From Rebecca billardiae RCC1528 (taxonomy: Eukaryota > Protista > Haptophyta): a DNA stretch of 64,000 bases. The translations under genes and the position numbers were made by a program. The stretch covers positions 1-64,000 of the forward strand of contig OZ251244.1 of assembly GCA_965240325.2 (NCBI GenBank). Reading direction: 5' to 3'. How positions within the stretch are numbered: position 1 is the stretch's first letter; each line of letters opens with the position of its first letter. Under the pieces are notes generated by a model. The model did no database searches, was not told the origin of the DNA, and saw only the letters and a list, made by a program, of their open reading frames with translations. Shown in pieces: positions 21,828 to 33,436 of this stretch.

Positions 21828-22280
21828 GTTAAATATCCGATTTTCGAGGTGGGCGTCGCACCCGGCGTGGACGGATGAATAATCCGCTGCCCCCTCGCGT
21901 GCGATCAGCCCAGGGGGTGCCCTCGGCAGCGCGCGTGGGCGCAGGCCATTATTCATTAGTATTCAGCCGGCGCGCAGCACCACGGCTGGTCGGCGGCGGC
22001 CCTCCTGCCAGTTATAAAACTCCGATTTTCGAGGTGGGCGTCGCACCCGGCGTGGACGGGTGAATAATCCGCTGCCCCCTCGCGTGCGATCAGCCCTGGG
22101 GGTGCCCTCGGCGGCGCACGCGGGCGCAGGCCATTATTCATTAGTATTCAGCCGGCGCGCGCCGCACCGCGCCTGCGGCGGCCAGCCTGGCGGTTATAAA
22201 AATCCGATTTTCGAGCAGAGCGTCGCACCCGGCGTGGACGGATGAATAATGCGCTGCCCCCTCGCGTGCGATCAGCCATG
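21828..22280. repeat. ~183-bp tandem repeat (2.5 copies) with internal inverted repeats
   Basis: TCCGATTTTCGAG..GCGTCGCACCCGGCGTGGACGGxTGAATAAT at 21836, 22021 and 22203. Confidence 0.9.
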
Positions 22281-22439
22281 CAGCGAGGTGGAGCAGCTTC
22301 CGCATCGCCGTCAGCTGAAGTCTCACGCGAACCGCCGCGTAGGCACGCCCCAGCCACCACAGCTGGCGAGCCGACCGTGGGCGCGCGCCGCGCTGCGAAC
22401 TGGCGCGCCTAGCGCGGGATGACGCACGTGGACACGCCC

Positions 22440-25130
22440 GACTGACGTCTCGACCGCCACGCGCCACGGCAACGGACGGCCGCTCCCTCGAAGCGAGGCG
22501 CGTGCGCGAGCAGCGGCACCCAGCAGCGTGCGCAGCACGGCAGTGATGGCGCGCAGTGGAGGCAGCTCTGACGAGGTGTAAGATGGGGGTGCGGGGGCGG
22601 GGGCGGGCTGGGCCGGCGCGTTGCGCTGGACACGACCGCTGCTCGCCGCCGCGATGATCGCGCTCGACAGTGCTTCGACAGTGCTCGTCGCGGCCGCCGC
22701 TGCAAGGCGCGCCCGCTCCTTCGACGTGAGGCGCGCGCGCGCCCGGCCGCACCGCAGTGGGACGGCCGTGCGCAGATGAGCTGGCGCTCACGCGCAATGA
22801 GGAGCGCCCTGATGCTTGCCGCGCGCTCACTACGCGGCCCACCAGGCGCAGGCTTGACGGAGGGTAAGATGGGGGGCCGGGGCGGGGGCAGCATCGACCG
22901 GTGCGAGGCGCTGGGCCGGCTGCGGCGCTCCACATCCGCAGCGCCCGGCCGCGCGGCCCGCCTCTCCGGCGCGGCCCAGCCAGCAGCGCTCGGCGGTAGC
23001 TGCCACAGCAGCAGCACCCGGCAGGCGGCGCCGCGCGCGCCGCGCGATCTGCTCGGGCGCGGAGCGGCAGCCTCGGTACCGCAGGAGCGTGCGCGGTGGG
23101 GCTCACACACGTCCCACCGTGCAAGAGCCGCGCAATTGGCAGCCGTGACGCGCCGCTCGGCGCGGCCGCGCCCCCGCCCTGACTGGGCCGCCCTTGCTGC
23201 ACGCTGGGATGCCCTCGCGGGCGTGGCCCGTTCACCCACCAACTCGGCCATCCAAGGGGCCAGATTGCCATGCTGTGCTGCGCCACGCGAAGCGCAACAG
23301 CACCTAGCCAGCCACAACGGCACAAGCCAGCTGCAGGTTTAGCAGAGAGAGGTGGCATTGCCACCTCTCTCGGCTGCAGTTGCTGAGTGGTCCGCGGGAC
23401 ACTCGCAGGCCGCGCTGCGACAGAGACCACAAATGGCGGCGGTGGGCGGCGAAGCGGGCGATGGCTGCTGATTCGACGGTGTGCACAAAGCATCAGCCAA
23501 GGCTCGTCGATAGACGCCCGCCATCGCCGCCTGCCTCCCCAAACCGCCCGGCGCGGCTATCGGACGGCCCGCGCCGCTCGCCGGAGACAGGTCGGATGGC
23601 GAGTGAGACTGGGCTGGGACAGATACGCACCTTGGGCTCGTGCGAGGCGCAGGGGCGGATACGGCGCTCCACGTACGCGCCTCCAGGCGCACGACCGCCT
23701 CGTCCGACGCGGGCTCGCGCCCATCTTGCGCCGCGGGATGCAGACTCGTGGGGAGAGGCCATGCTGATTCGCGCGCAGCCGCGACCAACGGTCGTCGGTG
23801 ACGTCGCGAAAAAATGATTACCACCGATATTCCAGGCGAGGGAAAAGTCAACTGGGCCTCGGAAGCCAGCATGGCGGCGCCGCTTCCCGGCCGTCCGCCG
23901 GAGGGCGGCTCTCGTGCGCGTCGCGTGCGCGCGCACGGCGCGGCCCAGTGGTGCGCGAGAGGATCCACGCGCCGTCGAAGCACGCGCCCAGAGCGCCGCT
24001 CACGACGTCCCACGCGCTGCCATCGCGACAGTGCGCGGCGGCGCGAGCGCACCGCCACTCCCCTCGCTCGGCCGCGCTGCCACGCAAACGCAGCCGGCCG
24101 CGCGCGGCCGCGCGGGTGCACGGCCGAGCGGCCGAGTGCGCGTACTGGGGGGATGCACTCGCGTTTCCGTCGCTTGCACGACGCAGCACAGTGCGCGGTG
24201 CCCGTCAGCAACGCGTGAACAGCTGCCAAGTCTGCGCGCAGAGCTCGGCCCGGCGGCGTCCAACATGTAGACTGCTCTTCTGCTGCTCGCCACTGCCGAC
24301 CCGCGCTGACCGCGCTGGGGTGTGCTGGTCTCGGTCGCCACGTGCACGCGTCCCTGTAAGGGGCGGCCGCGCCTTCGACGTGAGGCGCGTGCGCGACCAG
24401 CGGCCTGCAGCAGCTGCGCGTAGGCGGCTCACTGCAGTGATGGTGCGCACTAGAGGCAGCTCGGACGAGGTGGAAGATGGGGGCGCGGGGGCGGAGGCAG
24501 GCTGGGCCGGTGCGTGACGCCAGCCACGCGGCCGCAACGCTCTCGTGCCACGCGCCGCCGAGCGGCATGCGCTGCGGTCGCTCGGCTGGCCCACCCCACG
24601 CGTCGCCATCGCGCGGGCGGACGCTGGCGATGGCTGCGCTTGACTAGACGATGCGCACGGCGCGGCTAAGCCTCGCCAGCAGACGCCTGTCGTCGCTGAT
24701 CCGCCGCCCAGCCCGCCCCACCAAGACTGCACCCAGACGAGGGCGGCCGGCCAGGCGCGAGTGGCGATGGCGTGACTTCCAGCGCGGTGGGATAGGGCGG
24801 CGTCTGTGCGACTGGTGCTCACCGCCGCTGACCCGAAATGATCGCTCTCGGGTGTGCTCGTCTCGACCGCCACGTGCCCGCGCTCGCGGCGAGGCGCGCC
24901 CGCTCTCTCGACGTGAGGCGCGAGCAGCTGCACTGCAGTGGGCGCGTATATCGTACGCGGGACTGCTGTGCGCCGAGAGCGGTTGCAGCTCACTACGCGC
25001 ACCAGGCGCAGGTTGGATGAAGGGCAAGATGGGGGGCCGGGGCGGGGGCAGCTTCGACGAGGACGAGGCGCTGGGTCGGCTGCTGCGCTCCCTGGCGCAC
25101 CGTGCCCGCCTCTCCGGCGCAGGCTAGTTC
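22440..25130. repeat. Degenerate direct duplication with a repeated module
   Basis: 22540-22620 matches 24434-24510 and 22848-22922 matches 25008-25082; core GATGGGGG..GGGGCGGGGGCAGC also at ~4339. Confidence 0.7.
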
Positions 25131-25631
25131 GCGTCGGCCGACTCAGCAGCAGTAAGTACTCTGCGCAGCAGCGGCACTTGGCTGGCGCGCGCTCAGCTCG
25201 GTCGCCGGCGCGGCCACGGCAGCCCTTGTGCAGCAGGCGGAGCGCGCGCAGTCGTGCGCGGATACAGCCAATAAATATAAATTCGACGCGATCGACGACG
25301 ACGATGACGGATATGTGTACCGGACGCAGCCAAGGCTCACGTCGTCGAATCGGCGTCGTCGATATAGACGCGCCCGTCATCGCCCGGCGCGCCGCCTGCC
25401 CGCCCATTATAAACCGCCGTCGCCCTGCGCTGCTATCGGATAATTTATAAGCGGTCCGCGCGCGCGCTGATAAGTAGTATCGGACATATGGTCCTGACGA
25501 CGCAGCTTGTCATGGCCCGACGACAGCGTATACTGTAGTTTGCCAGTAGTGCTCCCGCGCTGGACCGACTCGGCGTAGTCGTATACAGCTGCTTGCTGCT
25601 GCTGAGGGCTGCTGCCGCTGCTGCGCGCTCC

Positions 25632-27242
25632 TCAGAGCAGCGCCAGCGCCTCGCTCTGATGCTTCGCCTTGGCGCGCAGCACGGCGGCTGCGCCCAGCCG
25701 GCCCAGCCAGCACACGCCAAACAGACACGCTGCGCCCACCAGCAAGCCGGTGGGCTGCGCTGCGCGCCAGGGCGACGGCGCGCCGAGCGCGGCGGCGCCG
25801 AGCGCGAGCTCGACCGCCGCCGTCCACGCGACGATGCGCGCTTCGCCGCGCGCGCTGGTGACGTCCCGCAGCAGCACAATGGGCGTGGCGGCGTAGTAGA
25901 GGAAGGACCAGAGCACTGCATAGCCCCACGCCCCACACCCGCTCTCGTCCTCCAGCGCGAAGCGTGCAAGGGCGACGAGCACGGCAAACGCGCCGAGCAG
26001 CGGCGGCGCCAGCCAGTTGCCGAAAGCGCAGCCGAACAGCGCGATCGGCAGCGCGCGGCTCACCACGCCGAGCGGACCGAGCGTGCGCGCCGCCCACACC
26101 GCGCCGCCCCCGCTGCCGTCGCGCGCGCCAGGGTAGTGCGAGGTGCGCATATCGTCGGCGCGGACGTCGGCTAGCACGAGGCTCATGCCCGCGACGGAGA
26201 CGGCGAGCGAGACCCACGACAGCGCCGACGCGCGCTCCGCGCCCGGCCACAGCAGCACGCACCCCTGCACGAACACCTGCGGCGCCGCCTCGAGTGCCAC
26301 CTCAAACTGCTTGAGGCCGAGCACATCCTCTGCCTTAGCCGGGTCGACGTGCTCGCCGCGCCACACGCGCAGCACCGCAGCGTGCACGGCGCCGAGCTGC
26401 AGCACGCTCGTCACGGCCGCCCCTGCGCGCTCGCTCCAGCTCCCGCCCCTGCCAATGATCATGTTGTCCCCCCACACGCCGATGCCGAGCGCCGCCAGCG
26501 TGTTCAGCCCGACGCAGCCGAGTGCGATCGCCGCCCAGCCGTGCTGGCCGCAGCGGTACCACTCGGTCGCGAGCAGCACGTCCGTCACGCCGTCTGTGGT
26601 TGCGAGCAGCGCGCCGCCGAGCATCATTACCGCCTTCGTGAAGGGCTTTCGGCCGCCGCGGCGATACGTCCGCATCACCAGCCAGCCCATGGCCATGGCG
26701 CCCGCCGCGGCCAGGAGCACCACCGCCGCAAGGCAGAGCTTCTCGAGCACCGTCTCGGGCGAGCGGAGGAAGTGCTTGTCCTCCCGGCCGATGCGCTGGA
26801 GGCACATCGCCGTCTCCAGCCGCTCATCGTGCGCCTCGGGCTCGCCCGCATCGCCCTCCGTCGGCAGCGTCTCGTCTGCAGCCGCGGGGGCGCTCGGCTC
26901 GCGCGCCGGGCGGTTGGGCGGCGGCGGCGGGGCAGGCGCGGCCGCGTGCTCGGTGGTGTTGTCGGATGACTTCGCGTCGTCTTGGGGCGTGGCAGCGGCC
27001 GTCGCGTTCGTCTCGCACGCGCCGCCGTCACACGCCGCCGCCTTCGCGCCGTCGTGCAGCTCGTCAGCCGCGGCCGCCGCGAGCAGGGCGCGCGCTCGCG
27101 CGTGACGCGTAGTGTGCGCCGAGCGCGCAGCCGCCGCGTCGCCGAGCGGCAGGGCGAGGAGCGGCGCGGGCACGCACGCGAGCGCGAGCACGAGCAGCGG
27201 GGCCACGCGCGCAGCCGAGATGCGCGAGGTGCCGAGGGCCAT
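25632..27242 (-). CDS. XK-related (Xkr family) multipass membrane protein with N-terminal signal-like peptide
   Basis: DGVTDVLLATEWY..G..GWAAIAL and FEVALEAAPQVFVQ fit the XK family DxxTD and ExxxESAPQ motifs; several hydrophobic segments. Confidence 0.8.
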   Translation of the reverse strand: MALGTSRISAARVAPLLVLALACVPAPLLALPLGDAAAARSAHTTRHARARALLAAAAADELHDGAKAAACDGGACETNATAAATPQDDAKSSDNTTEHAAAPAPPPPPNRPAREPSAPAAADETLPTEGDAGEPEAHDERLETAMCLQRIGREDKHFLRSPETVLEKLCLAAVVLLAAAGAMAMGWLVMRTYRRGGRKPFTKAVMMLGGALLATTDGVTDVLLATEWYRCGQHGWAAIALGCVGLNTLAALGIGVWGDNMIIGRGGSWSERAGAAVTSVLQLGAVHAAVLRVWRGEHVDPAKAEDVLGLKQFEVALEAAPQVFVQGCVLLWPGAERASALSWVSLAVSVAGMSLVLADVRADDMRTSHYPGARDGSGGGAVWAARTLGPLGVVSRALPIALFGCAFGNWLAPPLLGAFAVLVALARFALEDESGCGAWGYAVLWSFLYYAATPIVLLRDVTSARGEARIVAWTAAVELALGAAALGAPSPWRAAQPTGLLVGAACLFGVCWLGRLGAAAVLRAKAKHQSEALALL

Positions 27243-27514
27243 GCGTTCGCGGGCCGTGGCCGGAAGGTTGAGACGCTCACTGTATTGATGACGACGATCG
27301 ATATATATGAATACGACGCCTGTATTCTTTATAAGATTCGTTCGAGGACGAATCCAGCGCAGCAGGCCGAGCGCAGGCGCTGGGCTACCTGGGTATGTTG
27401 GTCTTGGTGGCCTCTTTCAGTGGCTGTCCGGAAGGGCTTGGGCAGGACTGAGCATCGACGGCGGTGATGATATGCGCGGGCGCCTACAAGTAGTCATCAT
27501 CCCCACGTCGACGG

Positions 27515-30331
27515 CTAGTCCTCGCCCCCGTCCACCACGAGCGCGGGCGGCGCCGGCCGGCCGCCCGCGCCGCCGCGCGGCGGCGGCGGCGAGTGGCCGG
27601 CGCGCGGCGACGCGAGCGCGCCGCCCGCCTCGCGGCCGGCGCGCGGCGGCGTCTGCGCGCGCTGCCGCTGCGCGCGCACCGCGCCCAGCTCGAGGCTCAG
27701 CGCGCCGCTGTGCCGCGCGTCGACGAGCGCGCGCGCCGCGGCGGAGAGCGAGTGCATGGACGGCAGCGCGCCCTCGAGCTCGTGCCGCCGCGCGTCGCCC
27801 TCGCCGCCGCCCGGCGCGGCGGCGCGCCGCGGCGGCGTGCCGCCGAGCAGCGCGCCGACGCCGCCCGCCTGCGACGCGCGCTTGAGCGTGCGGCCCGCGG
27901 GCACGCCGAGCGCGCCGCTCGCGCCCGCGTCCGAGCCCGGCGCGCCGCCGCCGCCGCCGCCGCCGCCCATCAGCCCGGCGCGCGCGAGCTTGGCCGCCAG
28001 CTGCTCCGCCGCGAGCACGTGCGGCCCGCGCCGCTCCGTCTGGTAGGGCGGCTCGAGCGCGTAGCCCTTGGCGTACTCGTGCTCCGAGCACACCCGGGGC
28101 GAGGAGGGGCGCGCCGGGCTGAACTGGTCGCGCGCGCGCCCGCCGCCGCGCGGCGCGCTCGCCGGCCGGCGCGCGCGGCGCGCGCGCGCGGCGTGCACGG
28201 CGGGCGAGCGCAGCCCGGCGGTGGGCGCGCGCTCCGCGCCCTCGCGCGGCGCCGCGTCGGGCAGCAGGCCGGCCGCGCGCCCCGGCTGCGCGAGCGCGGC
28301 CTGCGCGCCCTCGGCCGAGCCGTTGCGCGCGCCGTGCCCGCGCGGGCTCGCGCGCCGCCCGCGCCACAGCGCGGCGTGCGCGTCCGCCGAGTCGAGCCCG
28401 GCGGGCGCGGCGCGCGCGCGCGGCGAGTCGTGCGCGGCGCGCGCGCGCGCCGCCTCCCTCCGCGCGGCCGCGGCCTGCAGCTGCTCGTCGAGCGCGAGCG
28501 CGAGCGCCGCGCCGGGCGCGCTCGCCGTGCGGCCCGCGCCGGGCGAGCGGCCGCGGCGCAGCGAGGCGTGCCGCCCCGCGCTCGAGAGCCCGGCCACGTC
28601 CGCGCCCGGCGGCGGCGGCGCGGCGCGGCGGCGCGGCGCGTCCTCGCCGGCGCCGCCGGCGCGGCCCGCCCAGTCCGCGCCGCCGTACTCGGCGGCGCGC
28701 GCGGCCGCGGCCGCGCCGCCGCGCGCCGCGGGCGTGGGCGCGGCCGCGCCCGCCTCGAGGTGCGACGCGCCGCCCCAGCACCCCGCGCCGTGCCGCCGCT
28801 CGCGCCGCCGCCGCGCGTCCGCGCCGCCGCCGCCCTCCTCGCCGCCGCCGCCGCCCTCGCCCTCGCCCTCCCAGCCCCACAGCCGCGTGCGGCGCAGCGG
28901 GTTGCTTGCGCCCGCGGCCGGCTGGCCGCGCGCCTGCCTGCGCTGTAGCTCGAGCAGCGCGCGCGCCGCGGCGAGCGAGCCCGCGGGGATGCCCGCCGCG
29001 CCGGCGGCGCGCGCGCCCGGCGGCGCGCGCGCGCCCGCAAAGTGCTCCGGCGCGTCCGCCGAGAGCGCCGACGCCGCGTGCGCGCCGCCGCTCGCCTCGA
29101 AGCGCGTGCGCGTGCGCGGCCGCCCGTGCGGCAGCCCGAGCCCGCCCCCCTCCTGCCGCTCGCGCGCGTCCAACTCGGAGGTGGACGCGCCCGCCGCGCC
29201 GACGAACGGGCCGGTGCGCGGCGCGAAGGGCTCCGCCTCGGCGGCGCCGCCGGGCCCGTGGTCCAGCGCCGCGCCCATCACCGACGCGCGCGCGCCCGCG
29301 CCGCCGCGCGCGCGCAGCGGCCGCTGCGGCTGCGCGCCGCCGCCGCCGCCGCCCGGCGGTTGGCGCGCGCCCGCCGCGTCGGCGCCGTACAGCGCGCCGC
29401 CGCGGTGCGCGACGCGCGCGGCGTGCGCGTCCCACAGCTCGGCGTGCGCGCGCGCGTACGCGCCCCAGCCCTCGGGCGCGCCGGCGCTCGTGTGCGTCGG
29501 CGAGCGCGCCGCGCCGTCGGGCCACACGCCGGGCGCGCGCCCGCGGCCGCCGCCGTGCGCGGCCGCGGCCGCCTTCGCCTCGCCGTCCGCGCGCGCCGCC
29601 GAGACGCCGGCGGGGCGCGGCGTGCGCGGCGCGCCGTCGGCGCCGGGCGGCGTGGGCGCGCGCGCGTGCGCGTCGGTCAGCCGCCCCTCCCACACCGCGC
29701 CGCGCGTGTGCGCGCGCGCGGCGTGGAAGAAGGACGGCGCGTCGTTGGACGTGAGGCCGAGCCCGTGCGCAGCGCCCGAGTGCGCGTGCACAATGTGCAG
29801 CCGCTTGCCGCCCGACGGGACGGCGGGCTGCGAGCGGTGCGCGGGGGGCACGAGCGACGCGGGCAGCGGCGAGTGCAGGTCGCGCGCGCGCGCGCTCGCC
29901 GCGGGCGAGCCGGCGTCGGACGCGGACGCGGACGCGGCGGCCGAGCGGCCGCGCGGCGTGCGCGCGCCGCCGCGCTCGCTGAGCGCCTCGGTGCGCACGC
30001 CCGCCGCGTCCCAGTGCGGGTCGGGCGTGAGCGCGGCGACGAGCGGCGGCACCTCGCCGCCCCACGCGAGCAGCCCGCCGCCCGCCTCCTCGCCGCCGCC
30101 GCCGACCACGCGCGCCGAGCCGCCAAACGCGCGCTCGCGCGACGCGCGGAACGCGCCCGAGCCGCGCGCGGACGCGCGCGCCTCGTCGCGCTCGGCGCGC
30201 GCGCTCGAGGGCACGCCCGCCGCGTCGGCGTCGGGCCGCGGCGGCGCGGACATCGAGCGGCGCGGCGACTTGGACGCGTCGCGGCCGACCATCGAGAGCC
30301 GCTTGGGCGAGCGCGGCAGCGAGAGGTCCAT
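27515..30331 (-). CDS. Hypothetical low-complexity protein (938 aa)
   Basis: ATG-initiated ORF with GC3-rich codons bounded by AT-richer intergenic DNA; no domain recognised. Confidence 0.6.
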   Translation of the reverse strand: MDLSLPRSPKRLSMVGRDASKSPRRSMSAPPRPDADAAGVPSSARAERDEARASARGSGAFRASRERAFGGSARVVGGGGEEAGGGLLAWGGEVPPLVAALTPDPHWDAAGVRTEALSERGGARTPRGRSAAASASASDAGSPAASARARDLHSPLPASLVPPAHRSQPAVPSGGKRLHIVHAHSGAAHGLGLTSNDAPSFFHAARAHTRGAVWEGRLTDAHARAPTPPGADGAPRTPRPAGVSAARADGEAKAAAAAHGGGRGRAPGVWPDGAARSPTHTSAGAPEGWGAYARAHAELWDAHAARVAHRGGALYGADAAGARQPPGGGGGGAQPQRPLRARGGAGARASVMGAALDHGPGGAAEAEPFAPRTGPFVGAAGASTSELDARERQEGGGLGLPHGRPRTRTRFEASGGAHAASALSADAPEHFAGARAPPGARAAGAAGIPAGSLAAARALLELQRRQARGQPAAGASNPLRRTRLWGWEGEGEGGGGGEEGGGGADARRRRERRHGAGCWGGASHLEAGAAAPTPAARGGAAAAARAAEYGGADWAGRAGGAGEDAPRRRAAPPPPGADVAGLSSAGRHASLRRGRSPGAGRTASAPGAALALALDEQLQAAAARREAARARAAHDSPRARAAPAGLDSADAHAALWRGRRASPRGHGARNGSAEGAQAALAQPGRAAGLLPDAAPREGAERAPTAGLRSPAVHAARARRARRPASAPRGGGRARDQFSPARPSSPRVCSEHEYAKGYALEPPYQTERRGPHVLAAEQLAAKLARAGLMGGGGGGGGAPGSDAGASGALGVPAGRTLKRASQAGGVGALLGGTPPRRAAAPGGGEGDARRHELEGALPSMHSLSAAARALVDARHSGALSLELGAVRAQRQRAQTPPRAGREAGGALASPRAGHSPPPPRGGAGGRPAPPALVVDGGED

Positions 30332-30489
30332 GCTGCCGCTCGGCTTTGGCCCAAAATTTGGGCGGACGACTCGAAACAGCCGTTCGTTTGCTGACGTTAC
30401 ACCGCCTTCTATTCGTGGTCGGACCTAGGACCGTTACGCCGTGCACTCTGATCTATCAGCTATTCGTCAGCTGTCGTCAGCATACGTGG

Positions 30490-33248
30490 TCACTTCTTGC
30501 GCCCCTTCGGCGGCGGCGGCGGCGCGGCGGCGGGCGCGGCGACGGCGGCGGGGTCGCGGTACGGCCGCTCCCTCGCCGCCCGCTCGAGCACCTCCGAGAG
30601 CCGCGCCTTCTCCGACGTGAGCGACGCGTCGCGCGGCAGCTGCGCGCGCACGCCCACGAGGTTGGCCACCCAGTTGCGCGCGTCGCCCGTCGGCGAGGGC
30701 AGGCCGTAGCCGTACGGGTCGGGCTTGCCCAGCTCGGCGAGGCCGGCGAGCAGCGCCATCGAGCCGCTGCCCAGCGGCGAGAGCGGCTCGGCCTCCGCCG
30801 CGTCGGCTGGCGGCGCGTCGGCCGGCGGCGCCGCGGCCGCGGGCGCGGCCGCCTGCTGCTGCTGCTGCTGCTGCTGCTGCCGCTGCTGCTGCGCGAGCGC
30901 GCCCGCCCGCGCGGCCTCAAAGTCGGCGCGGAGGCGCTCGTCGCGCATCAGCGCCTGCGGGGGGCGGCGCGGGGTCGGGCGCGGCGCGCGCGTGAGCGCA
31001 CACGCCGCCCGCCGCGGCCCGCTGCGCGCGCGCGCGCGCGCGCGCGCACCTCCCTGCGGCCGTCGCGCAGCGCGAGCAGCGCGCCCGCGCGCGCCACGTC
31101 GCGCGGCAGCGGCGGGTTGGTGGCGGTGCGCACGATCGCCACGTCGGCGGGGGTGACGCCGGGGCGCAGCATGCTGGGCGGCGACGCGGCGGCCAGCCCC
31201 AACGCCGTGCGCTCGCGCGTGTCGTGCGGCCCGTCGTAGTCGTAGTGCCACGACGAGCGCGCGCGCGCCGGCAGCGCGGCCGGCAGCGCGCCGTACTCGA
31301 GCTGCGGCGCGGAGCCCGAGTGGCGGGGCGCGATGGCGGACATGCCCGCCACGCGCGCCGTCGCGTTGGAGAGCGGGTCGGGCGGGGGCCGCGCCTTGGC
31401 CACCGTCGTCCAGCCGCGCGCGCCGCGCTTGCCCGCCTCGGGCACGCCCCCCTTTTGCGCCGCGCGCGCCATGGCGGGCGTGGTGGGCGTGAGGCCCATG
31501 CGGCTCATCTGCGCGGCCGCGTTCAGCAGCTGCGCCCGCACACGGCACGCGCGCGCGCGCGCGCGCACGGGGCGCGGGGCAGGGGCGGGCGGGCCCACGG
31601 TGAGCGCGGGAGCGCGCGCGGGGGCGCGCGCGTGTGCGCGCACCCTCTGCTCGCGGTGCGCCCTGATGGCGGCCTCCAGCAGGTCGGTGGCCTCGCGCTG
31701 CCGGCCCGCGCGCTCGAGCTGGCGCATGCGCAGCTCGAGGGACCCGTCGATCGGCGGGGGCGGCGCGGCCGGCAGCGGCGAGACGAGCACGCTCGGCTTC
31801 TGCTCGAGCGGCAGCGGGCGGCCGCCGCGCGGGTCTGCGCGCAGCGCGAGCACGGACGCGGCGGCGAACGCGCTCGCGCGCGCGCTCAGCCCGCCCTCGC
31901 TCGAGGGCGGGCGCTGCGAGCCCCCGCCAAAGCCGTGCGCGCCGCCGGGCCCGGCGCGCGCGCGCCGGCCGGGCGAGCCCTTGGCGGGCGAGCGCGGGCC
32001 CGAGGGCGAGCCCTTCGCGCCGGGCGAGCGCGGGCCTGCGGCCGCGCCCTTGGCTGGGGGCACGAGCACGGTGCGAGGCGCCGCGCGCCCCGCCGCCGCC
32101 GCCGCCGCGCGCGCGGCGCTCTCCGCCGAGCCGTACCCGTGCGTGCCGTGCGTGCCGTGCGTGCTCGCCGTGGCGCCCGAGAGCGCAGAGAGGCGCGACG
32201 CCTCCGCGCCCAGCACGCTGCCCTCCGCCACCGGCCGCGCGTGCAGGTAGCCGCTGCCCGCGGGCCAGCGCACGTCCGCCGTGCGGCGCGCGTACGCGGC
32301 TGTGGTGACGAGCAGCACGCCGCTCTCAGCACCGCTCTCAGCACCCTCCCAGCCAACGCCGGACACGCGGGGCGCACCCGCGGGCGCGGAGGCGGCGGGC
32401 GCGGGCGCGGGCGCGTCGGCCGGCTCCTCGCCCTCGCCCGCCTCGCCGCCCGCCCCTTCGACGCTCGGCGGCCGCGGCGCCGCCGCCGCGGCGGCGGCCT
32501 CCGCCGCCGCCTCCGCCTCGTCCGCGCGCGCGCGCGCGGCCGCCTCGGCGGCCTCGCGCGCGTACTCGGCGGCCTCGCGCGCGCCGCGCGCGCCCACCGT
32601 CTCCTCCACGCGAGGCGGCTGCTTGTGCGCCTGCAGGTACGGGAAGTGCGCGTACGGCTGCAGCAGCGCGCCCACGGTCGGGTCGGGCAGCTCGGCCGAG
32701 CCCGCGTCGTACTGCGAGGCGCGCGCGCGCACGGCGCGCTCCCACCGCTCGCGCTCGACGAGGTGCTCGGCGTTCGCGCGCTCCCACCGCCGCGCGTACT
32801 CCGCCGCGCCGAAGCCCAGCGCGTCCACCGCCGCGGGCTGCGTCTGCGCGCACGCCAGCAGCGCGTGCGCCGCGCGCGCGTGCCCGCACATGGCCGCGTA
32901 CATGAGCGCGGTGCGGCCGACGGCGCAGCGCGCCTCCGCCGCGGGCGCGGAGCTGGCGAGCAGCGCCTCCACCAGCGCCGCGTCGCCCTGCGCCGCGGCC
33001 ACGTGGATCGGCGCGACGCTCGCGCCGGGCACGAGGTGCGCGGGGTCTGCGCCCCGCAGCAGCGCCACCTTGGCCGCCTTGAGCTGGCAGCCGAGCACGG
33101 CGGCGCCGAGCGCGGCCGCCGCGGCGTCGGGCGCCTCGTCCAGCGCGGCGACGAGGTCGGGCAGCCGCCCGCCCGTCGCCGCGAGCACCGCGCGCTCCTG
33201 CGCGCCGCGCGGCACCGCGCGGGCGGGCGGCGGCACGGTCGCGGCCAT
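30490..33248 (-). CDS. Ankyrin-repeat protein, 3 exons (33248-31644, 31529-31050, 30954-30490)
   Basis: APIHVAAAQGDAALVEALL, GRTALMYAAMCGH and DALGFGAAEYA ankyrin motifs; GT-AG introns give a continuous frame. Confidence 0.8.
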
Positions 33249-33436
33249 GATGCCTGCGTGCAGGCTCTTGCAAACAAGCTGTGTGCCTGTGTCTCCTCCC
33301 CCGCCAGGCGTCAAGAGCGCCTGTAACAGCCGGCGGAAGCCATCGCCGGGCGCGGGCCGGGCTGTGCTGCACGAATCGAAATCGGCCGTGGGCCTGGTAA
33401 CGACACGGCGGGGAGAGGGCGCACGCTGCGCTCGCC

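Noticed and set aside
33388-33401. X-box-like GTGGGCCTGGTAAC upstream of the ciliary-type gene
   Set aside because: Only the 3' half fits and RFX regulation is not established for this kind of organism
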